Assembly (NCBI GenBank): GCA_963681965.1
Contig: OY820579.1
Location: 96,001 to 160,000, forward strand
Reading direction: 5' to 3'
DNA: 64,000 bases
Source of the DNA: a bacterium
GTDB taxonomy: Bacteria > Electryoneota > JAOADG01
Positions 58,921-64,000 of this stretch are shown here, in pieces; positions within the stretch are counted from its first letter, which is position 1, and every line of letters starts with the position of its first letter. A model generated the notes under the pieces. It was not told where the DNA came from, made no database searches, and saw only the letters and a list, made by a program, of their open reading frames with translations. Position numbers and translations under genes: made by a program.

Positions 58921-60339
58921 ATGACTGATTCTACTCATCCTCTGCAAGAAAAATCCGAAGTCGTCGAATTAATCAAACCGATAATGGAAGCGGGAAGACA
59001 TCTGCAGCATCAAGGCGATCTCGTGAATGCGCGTCTACAGTTCACGCAAGCGCTTGCGATCTGCCGCGAGCGCATCGATCCGGTACGCGAGGCATTTTGC
59101 CTTCAAGTGATTGCTGCGATCGATCTCGATAGCGGTAATTTTGAATCGGCATTCGAAAATTACCAAAACGCTTACAACATACTTCTTGCGAACAATCGAC
59201 GCGATCACCTGATTCCTTCAATCAGTGGAATAGGATATCTTTACCAGATTCAGGGACAATACGATCTGGCGAAAAACAATGCGGAAGAAGCGCTATCACT
59301 TGCTCGCGAATTCAAACTGCGGCGTTTTGAAGCGGCGATGTTAGGTAACCTTGGGGTTCTTTACCTAGAATTAAAGGAAATCGAAAAGGCAGGCATACAT
59401 CTTGAGCAAGCCTTAGCGATACATCGGGAGGATGGCAATCGCGATCTGGAAGCGCAGTGTTTGATCGATTATGCCAAGGTTCTGACATTTTCCGAAAAAT
59501 TCGATGAAGCGATTGAAACCGCCAACCAAGCGTATCTCTTAGCGGTAGAATTGGGAATCCGGAACACCGAGGCAATCGCATTGTCCTCGAAAGGTCTAGC
59601 GCTTTTACAGGCGAATCATTGGCAAGAAAGCGTACAAGTTTCAACCCAAGCATTAGAGATCTTTCGAGAATTGGGAAATCGTAGATTCATACTGATCACA
59701 CTAACCAACATCGGACTGGCATTACAAAACGACAATCATCCGATCGAAGCGGAGAAAGCGTACCGGGAAGTAATCCAGATCTGTCGCGATCACGACGATC
59801 TTCACTCCCAGTTGTATGCCGTCATGAATCTTGGGATGTTAAATTTAGGGTTGGAAAAAACGGAAGAAGCGGAACACCAACTATTGGAAGCGATCGAAAT
59901 TGTTCGCGGCTCGCACAATTATTCCATCATGGCAGTCATTCTTATGGAGTTATCGTTACTCTACATCTCGATCAATTCCTGGGAACTGGCAACCGATTGT
60001 ATCGACCAGGCATTGACCCTTCCCAGCGAATGGGTTTCAGTCAACAAAAATCCACTGCTCTTCGCTGTTGCCAGCGCGTGCAAAGCCAAAATGTGCCATT
60101 GGGAGCAATCGGATGCATATTTGAAGCAAGTGGAAAATAATACCGATTGCAATCAAGAATACGAACAGGCTGCTCTATTGATTGCCACTGGATATCGAGC
60201 ACGTTTAAAAGGGGATCGCGAGACTGTTTACACGATAATGGAACAATTGAATCGTGAAATTAGTAAAGAATCGCTGTGCGTATTCAATGAATTAGGACTG
60301 TTTTACCGGATTTTCAGAAAACAGATGGCATTCGATTAA
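58921..60339 (+). CDS. tetratricopeptide repeat protein
   Basis: Repeated ~40-aa helical units (LGNLGVLY...LEQALAIHREDGNR; TQALEIFRELGNR...LTNIGLAL). No catalytic domain seen. Confidence 0.85.
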   Translation: MTDSTHPLQEKSEVVELIKPIMEAGRHLQHQGDLVNARLQFTQALAICRERIDPVREAFCLQVIAAIDLDSGNFESAFENYQNAYNILLANNRRDHLIPSISGIGYLYQIQGQYDLAKNNAEEALSLAREFKLRRFEAAMLGNLGVLYLELKEIEKAGIHLEQALAIHREDGNRDLEAQCLIDYAKVLTFSEKFDEAIETANQAYLLAVELGIRNTEAIALSSKGLALLQANHWQESVQVSTQALEIFRELGNRRFILITLTNIGLALQNDNHPIEAEKAYREVIQICRDHDDLHSQLYAVMNLGMLNLGLEKTEEAEHQLLEAIEIVRGSHNYSIMAVILMELSLLYISINSWELATDCIDQALTLPSEWVSVNKNPLLFAVASACKAKMCHWEQSDAYLKQVENNTDCNQEYEQAALLIATGYRARLKGDRETVYTIMEQLNREISKESLCVFNELGLFYRIFRKQMAFD

Positions 60340-60396
60340 TCCGAATTCGAACTCGAAATCGACTTTTTACCATTTACTCAGTTGCGAATTCGCCTA

Positions 60397-62775
60397 TCAT
60401 GATTTGTCGGTCAGATCCAGAATTTTTCGAACTTTGTTCGAGAGCGTTTTCAGTGAGAATGGTTTCGGTAAAAAATTCAGTTCGTAATTGAAGGTCTGGT
60501 TCTTTTCTAAAATATCGGCGGTATATCCGGAGATCAATAAATATTTGATGTCGGGATTCAATTTCATCAGCGTATCCGCCAGTTCGATTCCATTCATTTC
60601 CGGCATAATAACATCGGTAATTAATAATTGAATTGTCGATGGATTCTCAGTCGTGATTGAAATCGCTTCACTCGGACATGTGGCTGTGAGTACGTTGTAT
60701 CCCAATTGTTGCAGTTGTGATTGAACCATAAGAAGAATTGCCGATTCATCCTCAACGATTAAAATTGTTTCCCCTTTTCCGATTTGTAACGATTTGTCGA
60801 TTACACTTTGCTCGGACCCGACCTCACGGGCTATAATCGGTAAGTAAATTTTGAACGTGGATCCGCCACCTGCTTTGCTAATCAGATCAATGAAACCATG
60901 ATTCTGATTCACGATACCGTAAACTGTCGCCAACCCCAACCCGGTTCCTTGTCCGAGCGCTTTTGTAGTAAAAAATGGTTCGAAGATATGTTCGATATCC
61001 TCATTTCGAATTCCACACCCAGTATCGCTAATCGAGAGTACCGCATAATTACCCGGTTTAATCATTTGATGTAAAACCGAAAATTCTTCGGTAACGAGCA
61101 CAGGCTCGGTTTCAATCGCTATCGAACCGGTTCCGGTGATTGCATCTCGGGCGTTCACGGTAAGATTTGCCAATATCTGATCGAGCTGACTGGGATCGAT
61201 GAAGATATTTCCAATCCGGTGTCCGGGTTTCCAACTCAATTCGATATTCTCACCGATCAATCGCTGCAACATTTTCAACATCGACGAGACGGTTTCGTTC
61301 AAATCCAACAATTTGGGAATAACATTTTGCTTTCTGGCAAAAGCCAATAATTGCCTCGTCAAATCTGCAGACCGAACGGCGGCATTTTGAATTTCTTGAA
61401 TGTCGTTAAACAAGGGATTGTCGGTTTCAAGATTTTCCATCGCTAATTCGGTGTGACCGATAATTGCTTGCAGCATATTATTAAAATCGTGCGCAACACC
61501 ACCTGCCAATCTTCCAATCGATTCCATCTTCTGCAATTGTGCCAATTGGAGCTGCATTTTTTCACGTTCGATCGAGGCATGATACCGCTCGGTCGTATCG
61601 ATTGTGAATCCGGCAAGATAGCGCGGTTTTCCTTTGACACTAATGGGGAATTTAATCGTCGAGTAATGGCGATCATTTAACTCTTCTTCGATGGTGATCG
61701 CTTTCCCTTCGAACAGAATATTTTTATCGACAGCGATCATGCTTTCCGCCAGTGATTGCGGAAATAATTCAGTCATATCCTTACCGAGTATTTCATCGAT
61801 TGGGCGACCAAGCATCTGTTCGAAATTGCTACTTAACCGGATCGCTCGAATATTTTCATCTTTGAAAAACACGAATACCGGGCTGTGTTCCATGAATTGA
61901 GCAAATATTTCTTCACTCTCGTGCAGTGCTTCTTCGGTGTGAACTCGATCGGTAATATCGGTAATAATCGCACCCAGCAAAGGTTTACCGTTGGTCAAAT
62001 CGATGCGGAATTTTTGAGTAAAATAGATATGCTGCTTACCAAACTTGTCGGTCCATTCTTCCTGATATGCTGTCGATCCAGTTTCAAATACCTCACGATC
62101 CTTTGCCACCATCATATTAGCAACATCGGTTTCGAACAGCTCGTGTGGTGTTTTTCCAAACCATTGATCGAAGGGAAACATTTTTTTGAATTGATCGTTA
62201 CAATAAATCGGACGTAAATCGTTATCCTTTATTAGAATCAGAGCCGGCACGTAATCCATGAACCCTTTAAGCCGCGCTTCACTTTCCTGCAGCGCCAGTT
62301 CGGTATTTTTCCGGTTAGTAATGTCGGTGTGCGTTCCTGCAATTAATTCGGGTTTTCCTTCGGGGGTGTATCGGTAGATTTTTCCACGATCAAGAATCCA
62401 TATCCAATGACCGTCTTTATGTTTCATTCGATATTCGACTTCGTAAAATTCTTTTCTTCCCTCGCGATGATCTTTAATAGCAAGATTTGTTACTCCGAGA
62501 TCGTCGGGATGGACTTTCGATTTCCAGGTTTCATGCGATAACGGCTTCAACTCGTCGAGCGTGTACCCGAGAATATTCGCCCAGCGTTCGTTATATACAA
62601 CGGTATTGGAGATCGTATTCCACTGCCAAGTGCCAACATCAGCGCCATTAATTACACTAGACAACTGAAAATTGATTTCAGTTAGTTGTTCGGAGTTTGC
62701 CAGTAAACTGATTTGTTTTTTAAGTTCCGCGTTTTCGCGTTTCAATTGATTTATTAGCTGTTCTGTATCTTTCAT
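60397..62775 (-). CDS. cytoplasmic hybrid histidine kinase (3 PAS, HisKA, HATPase, receiver; CckA-like)
   Basis: [47 protein letters not shown] and [12 protein letters not shown]. Confidence 0.93.
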   Translation of the reverse strand: MKDTEQLINQLKRENAELKKQISLLANSEQLTEINFQLSSVINGADVGTWQWNTISNTVVYNERWANILGYTLDELKPLSHETWKSKVHPDDLGVTNLAIKDHREGRKEFYEVEYRMKHKDGHWIWILDRGKIYRYTPEGKPELIAGTHTDITNRKNTELALQESEARLKGFMDYVPALILIKDNDLRPIYCNDQFKKMFPFDQWFGKTPHELFETDVANMMVAKDREVFETGSTAYQEEWTDKFGKQHIYFTQKFRIDLTNGKPLLGAIITDITDRVHTEEALHESEEIFAQFMEHSPVFVFFKDENIRAIRLSSNFEQMLGRPIDEILGKDMTELFPQSLAESMIAVDKNILFEGKAITIEEELNDRHYSTIKFPISVKGKPRYLAGFTIDTTERYHASIEREKMQLQLAQLQKMESIGRLAGGVAHDFNNMLQAIIGHTELAMENLETDNPLFNDIQEIQNAAVRSADLTRQLLAFARKQNVIPKLLDLNETVSSMLKMLQRLIGENIELSWKPGHRIGNIFIDPSQLDQILANLTVNARDAITGTGSIAIETEPVLVTEEFSVLHQMIKPGNYAVLSISDTGCGIRNEDIEHIFEPFFTTKALGQGTGLGLATVYGIVNQNHGFIDLISKAGGGSTFKIYLPIIAREVGSEQSVIDKSLQIGKGETILIVEDESAILLMVQSQLQQLGYNVLTATCPSEAISITTENPSTIQLLITDVIMPEMNGIELADTLMKLNPDIKYLLISGYTADILEKNQTFNYELNFLPKPFSLKTLSNKVRKILDLTDKS

Positions 62776-63088
62776 CTTCAATCTTCCATTCTACGCATTT
62801 CAGTTCAGTGAAGGATATTTACAATAGAAAATTGGGATTCGCCGTGAATCACTTGCCGCGGATTAGACTGGTATCACAGACTTGCGTGGAATCAGCAATG
62901 ATGCTCCAATCAACTCGACGTTTATGCAACTGTCAATGTACTCTAGTTTCGGAGTAAAGCGAACACTTATTGAGTAATTTAACAAAGAAACCGACTGCAT
63001 CGAAAAATATACCCTGTATTAGATAATTATCCGATAAGAAACTCAACGCTGATAGCCGCTACGATCAATGTATCGCAACGAATTATTA

Positions 63089-63202
63089 TAGTGGATCTTG
63101 AAAATAAGTTGTTATGATTTGGTGTCAGGCTTCGCCTGACCTGCGGGCGGATGCGGGGATCCGTCCCTACTTCCGAGAACAACTTATTTTCAAGAGATAC
63201 GA
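63089..63202 (-). mobile_element. REP-containing MITE-like element, copy E (114 bp)
   Basis: Perfect 17-bp arms TCTTGAAAATAAGTTGT / ACAACTTATTTTCAAGA. The REP carries a compensatory change (GGAT/ATCC). Confidence 0.8.
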
Positions 63203-63676
63203 TATCATCTTAGCGACCTGCCTATCCAATTCATTATCCCGATTAATTTCAAACCATATCGCCGACATGCTCATTCGGTTTCTACTTCATTCCATCTAAC
63301 GTCTTTATCGATAACCGATTGAATCTTAACATTCAAAATCATTTTTACTATCATTGATCATATGTAATTTATTTGTGCCAATACTCACAAACAGTTTTTA
63401 TGGTTTCTAGATATTACTTGCATGTTTCTCCTGTTTCAGCTACTTTTCATTGATCGATCGAAATAAACATATTTCGAGGAATATCACGATAATACCAGTG
63501 TTAATTTTATTGTCGAATTTGATTTCGCGAATTCATATCGAACAACGATTATTATGGTTATATCAAGTATTTTTTCGGTAATCGATCAATCCATGCTCTG
63601 ACCTTCTTTCTTCGTGTATCATTACCGCATTCGATTTTCCATCAAAAAATATTTATTACGTCTTCATGGAGGAAAT

Positions 63677-64000
63677 ATGTCCCCAATGCGCTTATTGCTT
63701 CGTTTATCATTTCTAACTCTATTTTTCTTATCGTTGTCACTTTCCGCAATCGCTCAACCTGCAGCTATAATCAATGAATGGACTCAAGGATTACCATCGG
63801 GTTGGTATGGCGAATTGTGGATCTCCCAAGCAGTGTGGTCCGAAATTCTGGTCGTCCAAGATAATTTGAACATGCAGAATTGGACATTGCGCGGACGCGA
63901 CGGTGGCATCACATTTTCGGGATCGATCTGGCAATCGGTACCAGCAGGTACTTTGATTGTGATCTACAATTCGTCCTCCCGCGATCCGATTCTTCCTACC
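63677..64000 (+). CDS. secreted protein, possibly with a lamin-tail-like domain (3' truncated by the window edge)
   Basis: GGAGGA RBS. Signal peptide MSPMRLLLRLSFLTLFFLSLSLSAIA, then IINEW...SEILVVQDNLNMQNWTL...VPAGTLIVIYN. Open to the end of the window and absent from the ORF track. Confidence 0.7.
   Translation, partial: MSPMRLLLRLSFLTLFFLSLSLSAIAQPAAIINEWTQGLPSGWYGELWISQAVWSEILVVQDNLNMQNWTLRGRDGGITFSGSIWQSVPAGTLIVIYNSSSRDPILPT

Overview
A 64-kb bacterial chromosomal window. It most likely comes from an anaerobic, diderm FCB-superphylum lineage; this is inferred from T9SS-type C-terminal domains, gingipain-like C25 proteins, LpxH and TonB, and no taxonomy search was run. From left to right it holds a 5'-truncated TonB-family gene, an isolated GlmL/MutL-type ATPase, a glgC-histidine kinase-receiver operon and a 12-repeat secreted protein. 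Next come a TetR-TolC-MFP-RND efflux operon with visible operators, a gamma-carbonic anhydrase, lpxH and PBP1A, and a 4099-aa surface protein with six ~498-aa repeats. The right half has an 11-gene hydrogenase/heterodisulfide-reductase operon, two tandem C25 peptidase-like giants, a TPR protein, a PAS hybrid kinase and a 3'-truncated secreted protein. Two things stand out. (1) In the operon hdrC-hdrB-hdrA(N)-nuoE-nuoF-[nuoG/BamI-like::hdrA(C)]-mvhD-mvhG-mvhA, HdrA is split in the middle of its inserted ferredoxin domain. A HydBC-like NADH module with bifurcating-type motifs is nested in the gap, so one complex may combine two flavin-bifurcation centres with a group 3c [NiFe] hydrogenase. (2) A ~114-bp intergenic element family occurs at six loci. 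It combines a GTAG-type REP palindrome, a GCGAAGC mini-hairpin and long terminal inverted repeats; all copies share one orientation, and four lie between a stop codon and a terminator. No rRNA, tRNA, CRISPR array or transposase was seen. All family calls come from motif recognition by eye.
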